Source: the human T2T-CHM13v2.0 reference genome, Homo sapiens
Assembly: GCF_009914755.1 (NCBI RefSeq)
Contig: NC_060929.1
Length of the DNA: 64,000 bases
Strand: one strand, 5' to 3'
Below are positions 35,163 through 57,867 of the stretch, in pieces. Made by a program: the position numbers and the translations under genes. How positions within the stretch are numbered: the first letter of the stretch is position 1; each line of letters starts with the position of its first letter. The notes beneath the pieces are model-generated. The model was not told the origin of the DNA and did no database searches. It saw nothing but the letters and a program-made list of their open reading frames with translations.

Positions 35163-37797
35163 TCAGCTTTGAGTAGAAGATAAGATAGCATCCTTTAACT
35201 CTGAACAAGTGTCACATGAAAGCAGCATTGAATTTATTTTTTTCATCCCAAGGAGTACAAATGGGATCCAGTGGGGAAGTCATATGGAGCTTGATCTGAG
35301 TTTAGTTTGAGGAAGGACTGAATAAACATTATTTGGAGAGGAAACATTGCTTCGTGAGGGAGCGGGGGCGGATATACTGAATATCTGTTTCTTCCAGGTG
35401 TTCAAGCAGAGTCAAGGGGTCTGTTTGTTGTGGTAAGAGAGTAAAGAGAATTGAAGTGTCAGATGGAACACAGTCACATGCCCTTTAATGTCTTTCCCAA
35501 TCATGTGAAATCTTAGATTTTATTATAATGCTTTAAGTAGATAGAGTGATTGATAGGGACCTTCTGGTAAACCAAGTTCTTATAGAGTGAGTTCAACACA
35601 ACATTTTCCATTGAAAGGCAAAGTGTGAATCATTCCTTGCCATAAATACATACAGGTACATAAGTACATATAAACAAAATAAATGATTAATTCAGCATTA
35701 TCTCATGTATTTATGTCCGTGTATGTGCTTAGGTACATGTATGTGCGTATGTACATGTGTATAAGTACATGAGAGAGAAATGCTGAATAATTGTTTGTTG
35801 ATAACTGAAAACCTGCTGGAGGCTTGGCGTGGTGATGTATGCTTAGGATCTCTGCACTTTGGGAGGTCGAGGCAGGTGGATTGCTTGAATTCAGGAGTTC
35901 AAGACAAGCAGGGGGCAACATGGCGAAACCTCGTCTCTACAAAAAAATATAAAAATTAGCTGGGTGTGGGGGCATGCGCCTATCGTCCCAGCTACTCAGG
36001 AGGCTGAAGTAGCAGGATTGCTTGAGCCTGGGAGATAGAGGCTGTGGTGAGCCAACATAATACCTCTGCACTCCAGCCTGGGCGACAGAGTGAGACCGTG
36101 TCTCAAGAAAAAAGAGGAAAATTTCGATTTAGTTTGTGATTATTTTGTGAGCTTCATAGATTAAAAAAACACTAAGTAAGGTTTCAGTGTCATGCAGCAC
36201 TATTTGGAGGTGTAGCAACAAAAGACACTGTCATGTAAATGAAAGCTAGTGCTATTGAATGCAAAGCTGCACACTGACTTATGCCTAGAGAAGAGTTGGC
36301 AAGCAGTAGTGTGCTTCCAGGCATGATTCTGTATTGAAAATAGTGAGAATTGGGAATTATTTTTATTTATTTATTTATTTTGAGACAGAGTTTCACTCTG
36401 TCACCTAGGCTGAAGTGCAGTGGCTCACTGCAACCTCCGCCTCCCAGGTTCAAGTGATTCTCCTGCCTCACCCTCCTGAGTAGCTGGTATTATAGGCACG
36501 TGCCACCATGCCTGGCTAATTTTTGTATTTTTAGTAGAGACAGGGTTTCACCATGTTGGCTGGACTGGTCTCGAACTCCTGAGCTCAAGTGATCCGCCTG
36601 CCTTGACCTCCCAAAGTGCTGGGATTATAGGCCTGAGCCACCACACCCAGCCTGAAAACTGAACAGTTGAATTTAGTAATGTGGTAACTTGGGAATCAGA
36701 TTCTCCCCTTTCCCTAGGGTTTACTGTTTTTTATTACTGTTATTGTTTATTATTTTTATTTTTGATTGTTGTAGGCAGTCTGGCAAGGATTGCCCTGAGG
36801 TGTAAACTTAAGGTCATTTCATGTGTTTTCTGAGCCTGTGGTATTCTCTATGTGTGGTTACTTTGTAATTTTCTCTGGATATTCATTTGTTTTTTAATCT
36901 CCTAGTATTTAATTTTTGGCTGTCGAAAGGAGAAAAATTAAGGCAGAGGGAAGGGGCATCAGATTTTAAATCCCCTGCTAGTCACTTCAGCTTGAGAGGT
37001 CCGGGCTTGTAGTGGTTGGCGGGGTGTGAATGCAACAATAACAGGCAGGTGTCTCTTTGTCTTCACCTCTGTGATCAGAGTAGCAATCAGAGCAGAGATC
37101 CTCCGTATTTGGAGGACAGAGTCCTTCTTGATGACCCTGGCTCTTGCAAGCTCTGTACAGTTTGCTTCAGAAACATGTGTACGCCTGCCTGCTGTTGGGC
37201 TGTATGTGGGGGATGGTTAACTGCTACTGTGCTACCAGCTGAAAATGGCAGAAAATAGCCACAATTTATCTTCCAGGCTTTTCTCAGGAAGTTGCAAACC
37301 TTCTGTAGGCTCCAGAGTTCCAAAGTGGTTACATCAGACAGATTCTATCAGCACAATTGTTGTCTAGGTGTGGATACAGATTCCTGGTGATTCCTGTTCT
37401 GCCAACTTCCCAGAATCCTCCTCTTTTTGTCTGTTTTTGTTGCATATTCCTAGTACTTAGAACAGTACCTGGTTCAAAATGGGTCTTTAATAAAAATGTG
37501 TTGAATAAATGAAGGAAAACAGTGGTAGTTGGTTGTATCCTAGATATAATTTGAAGATAGACCACTATATTTGTTGATGGATTGGTTGTAAGATGAGTGA
37601 CAGAGATTAATCAAAGATGTCTCCTAGATTTTTGTCCTAAGCATGTGTGGAGTTGTCATTTCTTGAGATTGGGAGACTGTGGGAGTGGCAAAACTGAGAC
37701 AGTTGTTCTCAAAAGTTCCTTTTACTTGGTTTTAACATTGCATAAGCTTTGAAGACCATATTTACCATATTTATTTGTAATGTTTTCTTTTTCTCAG

Positions 37798-37962
37798 GTC
37801 ATGCGCATCGTGGATAATGTTCGTCCTGATCGACAGACGGTTATGTTTTCAGCTACTTTCCCCAGAGCTATGGAGGCTTTGGCTCGCAGGATCCTCAGTA
37901 AACCTATTGAAGTACAAGTTGGAGGCAGGAGTGTGGTTTGCTCAGATGTGGAGCAACAAGTG
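37798..37962 (+). CDS. DDX46: DDX46 exon 14 (motif III SAT)
   Basis: ttctcag acceptor, GTG|gtgggt donor, 165 nt; encodes [14 protein letters not shown]. Confidence 0.96.
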
Positions 37963-38178
37963 GTGGGTACCATCTTTAGGAAATTCCCAGTTTCCTTGAT
38001 ACTTAGGTGGTATGTATGATTCTTCTATGATCACTGTTTGTGAGGTAGGCAAGGTAATTTCTAAAATCAAGTCGTATACCACTACTCTAGCCTTCAGTAT
38101 TTTACCAGATAAACTTAACTGTGCTGTTCCACGGAGCTATTTAAAATGCTTGTTTTTTTTTTTTTTTGTTTTTTTTTT

Positions 38179-38440
38179 GCTGGGTGCAGTGGTGCATGCC
38201 TGAAGTCGCAGCTTTGCAGTCCCCGGAGTTCTGGGCTGTAGTGCACTATGCCTATCTTTGTCCATGCTAAGTTCAGCATCAGTGTGGTGACCTCCCGGTA
38301 ACAGGGGACCACCAGATTGCCTAAAGAATGGGATATTCTGTCCAGGGCAGAAAAACAGAACAGGTCAAAACTTTTGTGCTGATTGTAGTTGGAGCACATC
38401 TGTGAATAGCACCCTAGGCATAGTGAGCCCTGTCTGTTTA
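38179..38440 (+). pseudogene. 7SL (SRP RNA) pseudogene in intron 14
   Basis: Contains S-domain sequence absent from Alu: GAGTTCTGGGCTGTAGTGCACTATGCC, TAAGTTCAGCATCA, GGTGACCTCCCGG, GGGGACCACCAG, TTGCCTAA, CAGGTCAAAACT, TGTGAATAGC. Carries many substitutions and deletions. Confidence 0.9.
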
Positions 38441-38647
<207 letters not shown>

Positions 38648-38935
38648 CTACAAAGGAAAAAGAAATGTTACATATCTATTTTATTTCTTGGTTACTAGGA
38701 TATGAAATTAAGAGCCAGAGAGAACAGATGATCATTTGCCCTCATTTGCAAGCCTGTTAAACCCTGAAAGTTTACAATTTTTATCATTTACAATTAAAAT
38801 CAACATCTTCCTAGCCCTTGGTAAAGATATAGCAAGATATTGTCATTCATTCACTACAAATAAAATGAATATTTCTGTCCAGGGGATCCATTTGCATTTT
38901 CACTTCATTAACTTGATACAATATGGTGTTTTCAG

Positions 38936-39098
38936 ATTGTGATTGAAGAAGAAAAGAAATTCTTGAAGTTACTTGAGCTTCTAGGCCATTATCAAGAGTC
39001 AGGATCTGTCATTATATTTGTGGATAAGCAGGAACATGCTGATGGTCTTCTTAAGGATTTAATGAGAGCATCTTATCCTTGCATGTCTCTTCATGGAG
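38936..39098 (+). CDS. DDX46: DDX46 exon 15 (motif IV)
   Basis: ttttcag acceptor, G|gtaatt donor, 163 nt; encodes [13 protein letters not shown]...VIIFVDKQ...SLHG. Confidence 0.96.
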
Positions 39099-39445
39099 GT
39101 AATTATTCACTTGATTCACACATAAAATATCTATTAAGTACTTGCCAAGCATTGTGCTGTGTTCTCGATGATACTTACTTTGTTCTCTATAATTCAGAAC
39201 TAAATTTTATGTCAGTTTTTACTCTAAAGTGCTTTGTGGGAGTAAGATTATTATTGTCTCATCTAAGAGAAAGAAGATCATACAGGCATACTTTGGTTTG
39301 ACCAAGTTCCATCGCCATTTATCAACTATGGAGGAATTGAATTTAACTTTTCTCTGTGTTATACCCTTTCCATTGTACGTGCTATCTGTAGGTTTTCATG
39401 ATTCACTTTAAAGAGCTTTTATTGAAATTTCAAAGTAACGTTTTA

Positions 39446-40147
<702 letters not shown>

Positions 40148-40199
40148 ACAAAACACATGGAACAGAGACAGTTTGAATTATTCTCATTAACTAAGTGTT

Positions 40200-40680
40200 C
40201 TGGCTATCAGTAGCTTAGTAATGAATCACTCCAAAATTTAGTTGCAATAGTTACTTATTTTGCTTATGAATCTTCAATTTGCGCAGAGCTCACTATATAT
40301 ATCTAGTCTCTGTTTCATGCTGTATGTGCTGGGACACAGTGGAGCTGGACATCACCTACCAATCTACCTCACTTTATGTGGCTGGCAAATTGGTACTGGC
40401 TCTTGACTAGGAGCTCAGTTAGACCTTGGTCATGGGCCCTTGTGGGCCTCTCTATGAGGCTGCTTGGCCAAGAGGAAAGAACAAGAAGCTGCCCAGCCAG
40501 TTAAGGATGATACTGGAGTTGGCAGAGCTTTCATTTCTGCCATATACAAATAGGTTGGTTACCACACTGGCCCAGATTCAAGGGGATGGAGGCATAGGTG
40601 TCACTTCTTGATTGAGAGAGTGTCATCCCACATGCAGAAAAGCATATGGAATAGGACATATCTTTGAAATACAGTCTACT
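40200..40680 (-). mobile_element. MLT1-family (ERVL-MaLR) solo LTR
   Basis: Typical reverse-strand MLT1 pieces: CACTCCAAAATTTAGT, GTGGCTGGCAAATTGGTACTGGCT, CCCAGATTCAAGGGGATGG. Confidence 0.6.
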
Positions 40681-40739
40681 TCCAGCAGGCTTCATATGGG
40701 ATGAAATTAAAGGGGCTTTGAAGATTTGTGTTTGGTTAA

Positions 40740-40939
<200 letters not shown>

Positions 40940-41454
40940 TAGTAGAGACGGAGTTTCTCCATGTTGGTCAGGCTGGTCTCGAACTGCCGACCTCAGGTGA
41001 TCCGCCCACCTCAGCCTCCCAAAGTCCTGGGAATACAGGCGTGAGCCACCGTGCCCGGCCCGAAAATGACTTTTTTGTGTGTGGTAAATACTCACTATAT
41101 AAAATATCCCCGCCCCCCACCGTTTTTTTTTTTTTGTTGTTGTTTGTTTGTTTGTTTGAGACAGGGTCTTGCTCTGTCACCCAGGCTGGAGTGCAGTGGT
41201 GTGAATCTCAGCTCACTGCAACCTCTGCTTCCCGCCTCCTGGGTTCAAGCAGTTCTTGTGCCTCAGCCTCTCAAGTTGCTGGGACTATAGGTGCATGCCA
41301 CCATGCCTGACTAATTTTTTGTGTGTGTTTTAGTAGAGACAGGGTTACGCCATGTTGGCCAGGCTGTTCTTGAGCTCCTGACCTCAGATAATCCACTTGC
41401 CTTGGCCTCCCAAAGTGCTGGGATTACATGCGTGAACCACCACGCCCGGCCTTA

Positions 41455-46700
<5,246 letters not shown>

Positions 46701-47149
46701 GGTTTCTCCTACATTGTTGGGAATGTGTGTTTTTATATAGTAAGGAAGTTGTTTCCCGTAATACTTGTCTTTAATACTCCTTTTATCTTTTTGGCCAGAA
46801 TTGTATCATATCCTATGCGTAAGCCTCATTTCATAGGCAAAGAGAATGACAAGTGATGATGATTCTTCTTTTTTTTTTTTTTTTTTTTTTTTGAGACAAT
46901 TTCTTATTGTCTTGCTCTGTCTCCCAAGCTGGAGTGCAGGGGTGTGATCACAGCTTACTGCATCCTCGACCTCCAGGGCTCAAGCTGTCCTCCCACCTCA
47001 GCTTCCTGAATAGCTGAGACTGCAGGCATGAGCCACCATGCCTAGCCTATTTTTGTACTTTTTGTAAAGATGGGTTTTTGCTATGTTGCCCAGGGTGATC
47101 TGCCCACTTTGGCCTCCCAAAGCGCTGGAATTACAGACGTGTGTCCTAG

Positions 47150-49230
<2,081 letters not shown>

Positions 49231-49897
49231 TCACTCTTTGAGACTGGGATTAGGCCCGTCTCTCATTTGATGTATACCTGACTATGTGTTGGGTTGGTAT
49301 GTGAACAAAATTGGGGTTATTTTAAAAAGGAAGGGGGTTCATGGTTTTTGGGTTGACATCCCATATGCTGCTTCAGTTAGCATATTATATTCAATTCTAA
49401 GGAATCAATTTTATGTGATTATGTTAGTAAGGATACTTTAGGCTAAAGTAAAAGTTTTGGTATTTTCAAATTATAAACAAATTTATATTGATATTGATTT
49501 CATTAAATTTTCTTAGGCAATTTTTTTGGTGAAGTGTTAGATTCCAGTTTCTTTGACAATGATTCAAATACTTCCTTTAAATCAATCCTTGAAGAGTACC
49601 TTTAAAATTTTAGGTAGTACTAAGAATTAATATTGGTAATTATTTACGTGCTAAACAGTGTATGTTAAACCCAGATTTTCTGTGAAATCTTCCATTGAAA
49701 GCATGAGTTTTAAGTTTTGAGAGTTTATCTTATTCCCTTCTCTATTACCAGAGTTTCCTGGGAACCTCATCATAAAATATTTTGTGGTCTGGGCATGTCG
49801 TAATAGAACTTTATGGTATTTTATACTCTGCTTTGCCATTCATACTAAACCTCTTTGGATCATTTATTTAAGAGATATCCATTTGGGTACTTCTAAA

Positions 49898-50339
49898 CCA
49901 GTATTCCTAAAACTTTAATTTGCATATGATAATCACCTAAGGTTTTTTAAAATGCAGATTTTGATTCGGTAGTTTGGAGTATAACCCTAGATTCTGCATT
50001 TCCTTTTTTTTTTTTTTCCCCGAGACAGAGTCATGCTCTGTCGCCTGGGCTGGAGTGCAGTGGCGCAATCTCGGCTCACGGCAACCTTTGCCTCCCAGGT
50101 TCAGGCATGTGCCACCACGCCTGGCTTTTTTTTTTTTTTTTTTGTATTTTTAGTAGAGACGGGGTTTCACCATGTTGGTCAGGCTGGTCTCGAACTCCTG
50201 ACCTCATGATCTGCCCGCCTCGGCCTCTCAAAGTGCTGGGATTACAGGCATGAGCCACCGCACCTGGCCTAGATTCTGCATTTCTAACAAGCTCCCAGGT
50301 GATGCTGCTCTGGTCCTTGGACAAAACCGAGTAGCAAGG
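49898..50339. mobile_element. MER5-type hAT element split by an antisense Alu
   Basis: AAAATGCAGATT..., TCTGCATTTCTAACAAGCTCCCAGGTGATGCTG; the Alu is flanked by the duplication CTAGATTCTGCATTTC. Confidence 0.75.
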
Positions 50340-50697
50340 CTCTAAATAACCTACAGGGAAAGGAGAAAGATCTAACTCTTGTCAATATAGGCTGAATGTT
50401 TCTGCCTTTTCTCGCTTTGGCTCCCAAACAGGTTTAGATTAATTTCTGATATTGGACCTTTGCAAATATAAACCTTATATAGAAGAAAGGGGGCAATACA
50501 AGACCAGAGTTGAAAGATTCATAAATGAGTTAATAGCAATAACCTTTAATCTTGCCATTACATTTTCTTAGTCTTTTATTTTCTATATTTTAGGAGTTGG
50601 ATGTGTCAATTTGTTCTTCACTGAGTTTAGATTCTTGGTCAGAAGACATGGAAAATTTAATTTGAACATGTTTTAAAGCTCTCTAATTTACTTGCAG

Positions 50698-50891
50698 GCA
50701 TTGATCAATATGACAGAGATAGCATCATAAATGACTTTAAGAATGGGACCTGCAAACTTCTTGTGGCTACCTCTGTTGCTGCCCGAGGTCTAGATGTGAA
50801 ACATCTGATTCTTGTAGTAAATTATAGCTGCCCCAACCATTATGAGGATTATGTACACAGAGCAGGGCGGACTGGAAGAGCAGGAAACAAG
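50698..50891 (+). CDS. DDX46: DDX46 exon 16 (QxxR, motifs V and VI)
   Basis: ttgcag acceptor, AAG|gtaaaa donor, 194 nt; encodes [16 protein letters not shown] and [12 protein letters not shown]. Confidence 0.97.
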
Positions 50892-51164
50892 GTAAAAATA
50901 AGTTTTTTATAGTTGATCTTCATTATATTAAAATACAGGTGTTTCTTTAGTATTTCAAGGAGTAGATAATAGGAGTTATGGAGACATTTTGAAAATCTTT
51001 AATCCACATAATGTGAAGAGTGGTTGATGTTAATAATTTATATACATGTACAGGTCTAAGTGTTGTTCAAATTATCAGATACCTAGCTGCTCTTTGTAGG
51101 CAGATCCTGTTAACAGTTTGTCTTCCCTTTTAGGTTTTTCCCCTCATGCCTAAACGTTTCTATA

Positions 51165-51511
51165 CAGATGTTCCTTGATTTATGATGGGGTTACAATGTC
51201 CCGATAAACCCATCGTAAGTTGAAAATGCATTTAATATACCTGACGTACTAAACATCATAGTAGCCTAGCCTACCTTTAGCATGCTCAGAACACTTACAT
51301 TAGGTTATACTTGGGCATCATCATCTAACACAAAGCCTATTTTATAATAAAGTATTGAATATCTCATGTAATTTACTGAATACTGTACTGGAAGTGAAAA
51401 ACTGGTTGTATAGGTACTCAAAGTACAATTTCTACTGAATGCATATCACTTTTGCACCATGGTAAAGTTGAAAAATTATAAATTGAATCATTGTAAGTCG
51501 GGGACCATCTG
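51165..51511 (+). mobile_element. MER47A-like (TcMar-Tigger) element
   Basis: TA-CAGATG...GATGGGGTTAC..CCCGATAAACCCATCGTAAGTTGAAAAT ... GTAAGTCGGGGACCATCTG-TA; terminal inverted repeats with a TA target duplication. Confidence 0.8.
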
Positions 51512-51847
51512 TATACACATACACATAAATGTTTATACTTCAGGATCTTTTTTTAAAAAAAAACATGGGATCATAAAATATACCCATCTCCACACCTACC
51601 AATTTCTCCTACTCCCCTCTTTACCTCCCTATCATTCATACATACATATGTTACTTGCTTTTTTGACTCACCTGTATTCTAGAAACTGTATGGGTCTAAC
51701 TCATTCCTTCTAGAGGCAGCAGACTAGTCTGTTGTTGGAGACATTGATTATGATATATTTAATTTTCTAACCCTGTACATTGCATAATAAAGCAATAAGT
51801 AGTATTTATATGCCATAGCTTACATTAATGGATAACGTATTATCTGC

Positions 51848-51973
51848 CATATATAATGTCATTTTAACTGTTTTACATATATAATGTTATTTTATCCTTA
51901 CATATATAATGTCATTTTATCCTTAAAACGATTTAAGTGTTTTACATATGTAATGTCATTTTATCCTTAAAAC
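51848..51973. repeat. Four-copy ~25-nt minisatellite (CATATATAATGTCATTTTATCCTTA)
   Basis: Copies start at about 51848, 51876, 51901 and 51945. Confidence 0.8.
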
Positions 51974-52230
51974 TTTCCTTTGAGGTAAATAATATTACTC
52001 TATTTTATAGATGAGAAAAATTCATGCACATAGGATTTAGCTCACCTGCTTATGCACATTTAATAAGTAGTAATGGCATTTATTCTTCTAACCTGTTGGA
52101 AGGAGTCAAGAATATTTTTTTGGAAAGGGCCATGTACTGAAAATTGTAGCCTATTTGGGCTCTGTCACATATTCTTCTCTTTCTCTCTCCTTCTCTGTAT
52201 ATATATGTGTTATTGTATATATGTTCATAA

Positions 52231-52561
<331 letters not shown>

Positions 52562-52757
52562 TGATCTGCCCGCCTTGGCCTCTCAAAATACTGGGATTAC
52601 AGGCATGAGCCACTGCACCCGGCCAAGATATTTCTGAATTAAAATCTTAAACCATGTTTTAAAATTCGTAACAGTTGGCCGGGCGCGGTGGCTCACGCCT
52701 GTAATCCCAGCACTTTGGGAGGCCGAGGCGGGCGGATCACCTGAGGTTGGGAGTTCA

Positions 52758-53006
<249 letters not shown>

Positions 53007-53654
53007 TCAGATTGTTTTTTTGGTTTTGTTTTTTACATTTTTGTGGAGATGTGGTCTTGCCATTTTTGCCCAGGCTGGCCTCCAACTCCTAGGCTCAAGC
53101 TATCTTTCCACCTCTGCCTCCCCAAGTGCTGGGATTACAGGTGTGAGCCATTGTACCCAGCAAGGTCAGATTGTTTTGTGAAGATAGCAAACTCTAGCGA
53201 GACTCCATCTCAAAAAAAAAAAGGAAAAACAAAAAACAAAATCAAAAGGTATGACCACACAATTGTGCATTTGTGTAAAATTACCTATGTTTCTTTTTTT
53301 TTTTTGAGACGGAGTTTCACTCTTGTCACCCAGACTGGAGTGCATTGGCGCCATCTCACATGCACTGCAACCTCCGTCTCCCAGGATCAAGTGATTCTCC
53401 TGCATCAGCCTCCCAAGTAGTTGGGATCACAGGCATGCCACCACCACACTCGGCTAATTTTTTTGTGTTTTTAGTAGAGATGGGGTTTCACCATGTTGGT
53501 CAGGCTGGTCTCGACCTTCTGACCTCAAATGATCCACCCCCCCTTGGCCTCCCAAAGTGCTGGGATTACAGGCGTGAGCCACTGCGTCCAGCCAATTGCA
53601 TATATTTCTACCTCTGTGTAAAGAAATTAGAAATTTTCTAGTTTGCTTGTGTTA

Positions 53655-54059
<405 letters not shown>

Positions 54060-54170
54060 TTAATGTTGTCAATCTCGAGGATTTATTAGGTGGATCAGAT
54101 TTTATCTTATGATCTAAGTAGGATCCATCTTGTTAGTGTCTAATAATTGTACTTTTTCATCATGCATTAG

Positions 54171-54308
54171 GGTTATGCTTATACTTTTATCACAGAGGAT
54201 CAAGCTCGCTATGCTGGTGACATAATTAAAGCTCTTGAATTGTCAGGGACTGCAGTACCTCCTGATTTAGAGAAACTGTGGAGTGATTTCAAAGATCAGC
54301 AGAAAGCT
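54171..54308 (+). CDS. DDX46: DDX46 exon 17
   Basis: cattag acceptor, GCT|gtgagt donor, 138 nt; encodes GYAYTFITEDQARYAGDIIKALELSG. Confidence 0.95.
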
Positions 54309-54645
54309 GTGAGTTTTTAACCCATGTTACTCTTCTAGAAATCATTAATGTGACTAAACCTTGATTATTTAATTCTTGGAAATCTTTTATTTAACACTTG
54401 AAAATTTTGCTACGACTATTTTTATTTCTCTCTAGAGGGAAAAATGAGTGAAAGCTAAAATCCTATCTTATTCTTGAACTTAGTATTTTGTGGTGTCTAT
54501 GTAGAGCTCTTAGTTTATCTTACATGCTAGATGAAGTGTTTTTATTACATTGACATACACCACCTTGAAAAATATTTAATTAGTATGAATTCCTAAACAT
54601 TAAAGTTTTTACTATGAGATTAACTTCGTTTTCTTTTTTTGAAAG

Positions 54646-54795
54646 GAGGGGAAAATAATTAAAAAGAGTAGTGGGTTCTCTGGTAAGGGATTCAAGTTTG
54701 ATGAAACAGAACAAGCTTTGGCTAATGAGAGGAAGAAGTTACAAAAAGCAGCTCTTGGTCTACAAGATTCAGATGATGAGGATGCTGCAGTTGAT
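54646..54795 (+). CDS. DDX46: DDX46 exon 18
   Basis: gaaag acceptor, GAT|gtaagt donor, 150 nt; encodes EGKIIKKSSGFSGKGFKFDE...DSDDEDAAVD. Confidence 0.94.
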
Positions 54796-55893
54796 GTAAG
54801 TACTATTATTCTCTCATTCTTAATTGAAGCAGTTATTTCTTTTGTACTGGAGGTCTTGCCATATATGGTTATCAAGATAGACAATCACTGGAAACCTTTA
54901 CAAGAGGTTGGTTCCAGAACAGTTTTGGAAAATCTGCCTACTACATACCAGTACCCCTCCTCTCAATATATAGACCACTCATTAGCACTTCAAAGGATGT
55001 GAAAAGTCCTTTTTTTTTTTTTTTTTTTTTTTGCGATGGGAGTCTGGCTGTGTCACCCAGGCTGGAGTACGGTGGCGTGGTCTCCATTCACTGTAACCTC
55101 CGCCTCCTGGGTTCAAGCAATTCTCCTGCCTTGGCCTCCTGAGTAGCTGGGATTACAGGCATCCACCACCACGCCTGGCTAATTTTTGTATTTTTAGTTG
55201 AGGCGGGGTTTAACCTTCTTGCCCAGGCTGGTCTCAGATTCCTGACCTCAAGTGATCCGCTTTCCTTGGCCTCCCAAAGTGCTGGGATTACAGGCGTGAG
55301 CCACCTCGTCTGGCCATGGATGTGAAAAGTCTTTAACGAATCTTGTTTAACTTCATTAAACCCAGAAATTCCCCAACATACCTGATCTCAGAACACTTTT
55401 GGACATATCATGTTAAACTTAAGTTCAGAAAATAATTTTGGAAATCAGAAATTCAACCTGATCTTATCATTAGGAAATTGACTCCAAGAAAAGATGTTAG
55501 GTCCAGGACCACAGTGGGAGTTAACACAGACAGGACCAGAACCCAGTTGTCCTATTAACCTTAAGCCATTTCTTTCTAGGATACCATACTAGCTCAAAAA
55601 ATTAGCCGGGCGTGTCTTGCTCTGTCACCCAGGCCAGACTGCAGTGTCGTAATCTCAGCTCAACTGCAACCTCTGCCTCCTGGGTTCAAGCGATTTTCCT
55701 GTTTCAGCCTCCCTAGTAGCTGGGATTACAGGCACCCACCACCACACCCGGCTGATTTTTGTATTTTTAGTAGAGATGGGGTTTCACCATATTGGCCAGG
55801 TTGGTCTCAAACTCCTGACCTCAGGTGATCCACCTGCCTTGGCCTCCCATAGTGTTGGGATTATAGGTGTGAGCCACTGTGCCTGGCCAATAA

Positions 55894-56130
<237 letters not shown>

Positions 56131-56214
56131 TGATCCGCCTGCCTCGGCCTCCCAAAGTGCTCAGATTACAGGCGTGAGCCACCACGCCCGACCACATTTC
56201 ATTTTTTAAATTTA

Positions 56215-56960
56215 TCTGTTACCATGTAACAAATCAAAACTTAGCAGGTTAAAGCAATAAACACTTATTATCACATAGTTCCTTATGGTCAGGAAATCAG
56301 GAGCAGTTTAGTCAGGTAGTTCTGGCTTAGGCGCTCGTGAGATTGCAGTCATCTGCAGGCTTGACTGTTGCTGGATGATCTGCTTCCAACATCAGTCACT
56401 TTGATGTAGATAGGATGCCTCAGTTCTTCACCTCTTTGCCTGTCCTTACCCACATGGCAGCTGGCTTTCCCCACAGTGAGTGATCAAAGAGAGCAAAGAG
56501 AAAGCTTTAGTGCTTTTTATGACTGTCTCTGAAATTACACACTGTCACTTCCACTTTATTCTTTATGGGGTTTTTTTTGTCTTGTTTTGTTTTGTTTTGG
56601 AAACAGAGTCTGACTCTGTTGCCCAGGCTGGAGTGTAGTGGTGCGAACTCAACTCACTGCTGCCTCAGCGATCTTCCCACCTCAGCCTCTTGAGTAGCTG
56701 GTACTATGGGTGCACCACCATGCCCTGTTAATATATATTTTAAAATGTTTTTTTTTTTAGAGTCGAGGTCTCACTGTGTTGCCTAGGTTGGTCTGAAATT
56801 CCTGGGCTCAAGTGATCCTCCTGCCTCAGCCTCCCAAAGTGATGGTATTACAAACATGAGCCACCATGCCCAGCCCACTTTCTTCTATTAGAAGGAAGTC
56901 ATTAAGTCCAGCCCACACTCAAGAAAAAAGACTATTAAATAATTTGTAGCCATGTTTTAA
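56215..56960 (-). mobile_element. MLT1-family LTR interrupted by an Alu
   Basis: TGTAACAAATCAAAACTTAGCAGGTTAAAGCAATAAACACTTATTATC, GGTCAGGAA, CACATGGCAGCTGGCTTTCCCCA, AAGTCCAGCCCACACTCAAG. Confidence 0.6.
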
Positions 56961-56984
56961 AAACATCTGTCACTTTTTGACATT

Positions 56985-57273
56985 ATGGTAGTTTCCTCTT
57001 TTCTGTGGTTTTAGTTGCCATAGGTTAACCACAGTCTGAAACTATTACAGTATTTTGAGACCACATTCATATAACTTTTATTACAGTATATTGCTATAAT
57101 TGTCCTATTTTATTGTTGTTAATCTCTTAACTGTACCTAATTTATAAATTAAACTTTATCATAGGTATGTATGTATAGGAAAAAACAGTGTATGTCGGTG
57201 CGGTACTATCTCTGTTTTTAGGCATTCACTGGGGTTCTTGGAATGTATTCCATGTGTAAAGGGAAAACTGCAG
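56985..57273 (+). mobile_element. MER44A/Tigger7-like DNA transposon relic
   Basis: GAGACCACATTCATATAACTTTTATTACAGTATATTG and AATTTATAAATTAAACTTTATCATAGGTATGTATGTATAGGAAAAAAC match the MER44 consensus as I recall it. Confidence 0.75.
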
Positions 57274-57693
57274 TATTTTTAACTGTTTTTTAAAATCTTG
57301 TGATAAAATACGGTGATTGTTTCTTCGGGTGTTAAAGTAATATATAATTTTATGAAAAATGTAAACAGTACTTAACACGAATAAAATCAAAAGTAAGGTT
57401 AGCTCTACCAGCTAGCATTGTATACTTCCCCCTTTCCTGATTTTATGAATTTGTTCAGATTGTAATACCATGAATGCTATTTAATTTAAAACGGTTTTAC
57501 TCAGGTAAATGTTGAGTTTTAAAACTAGTTGATAACTGACCCCCTGTTGGTGTTTTCTTGGGGTTTTGTTTTGTTTTGTTTTTATGAGACAGGATCTCAC
57601 TCCATCAACCAGGCTGGAGTAAAGTGGCGTGATCTTGGCTCACTGTAGCCTCGACCTCCTGGGCTCAGGTGATTCCCCACCTCAGCCTTCTGA

Positions 57694-57867
<174 letters not shown>

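Noticed and set aside
37960-37972. Alternative tandem donors around the exon 14 end (CAA|GTGGTG, TGG|GTACCA)
   Set aside because: Both match U1 much worse than GTG|GTGGGT, and nothing in the sequence supports their use.
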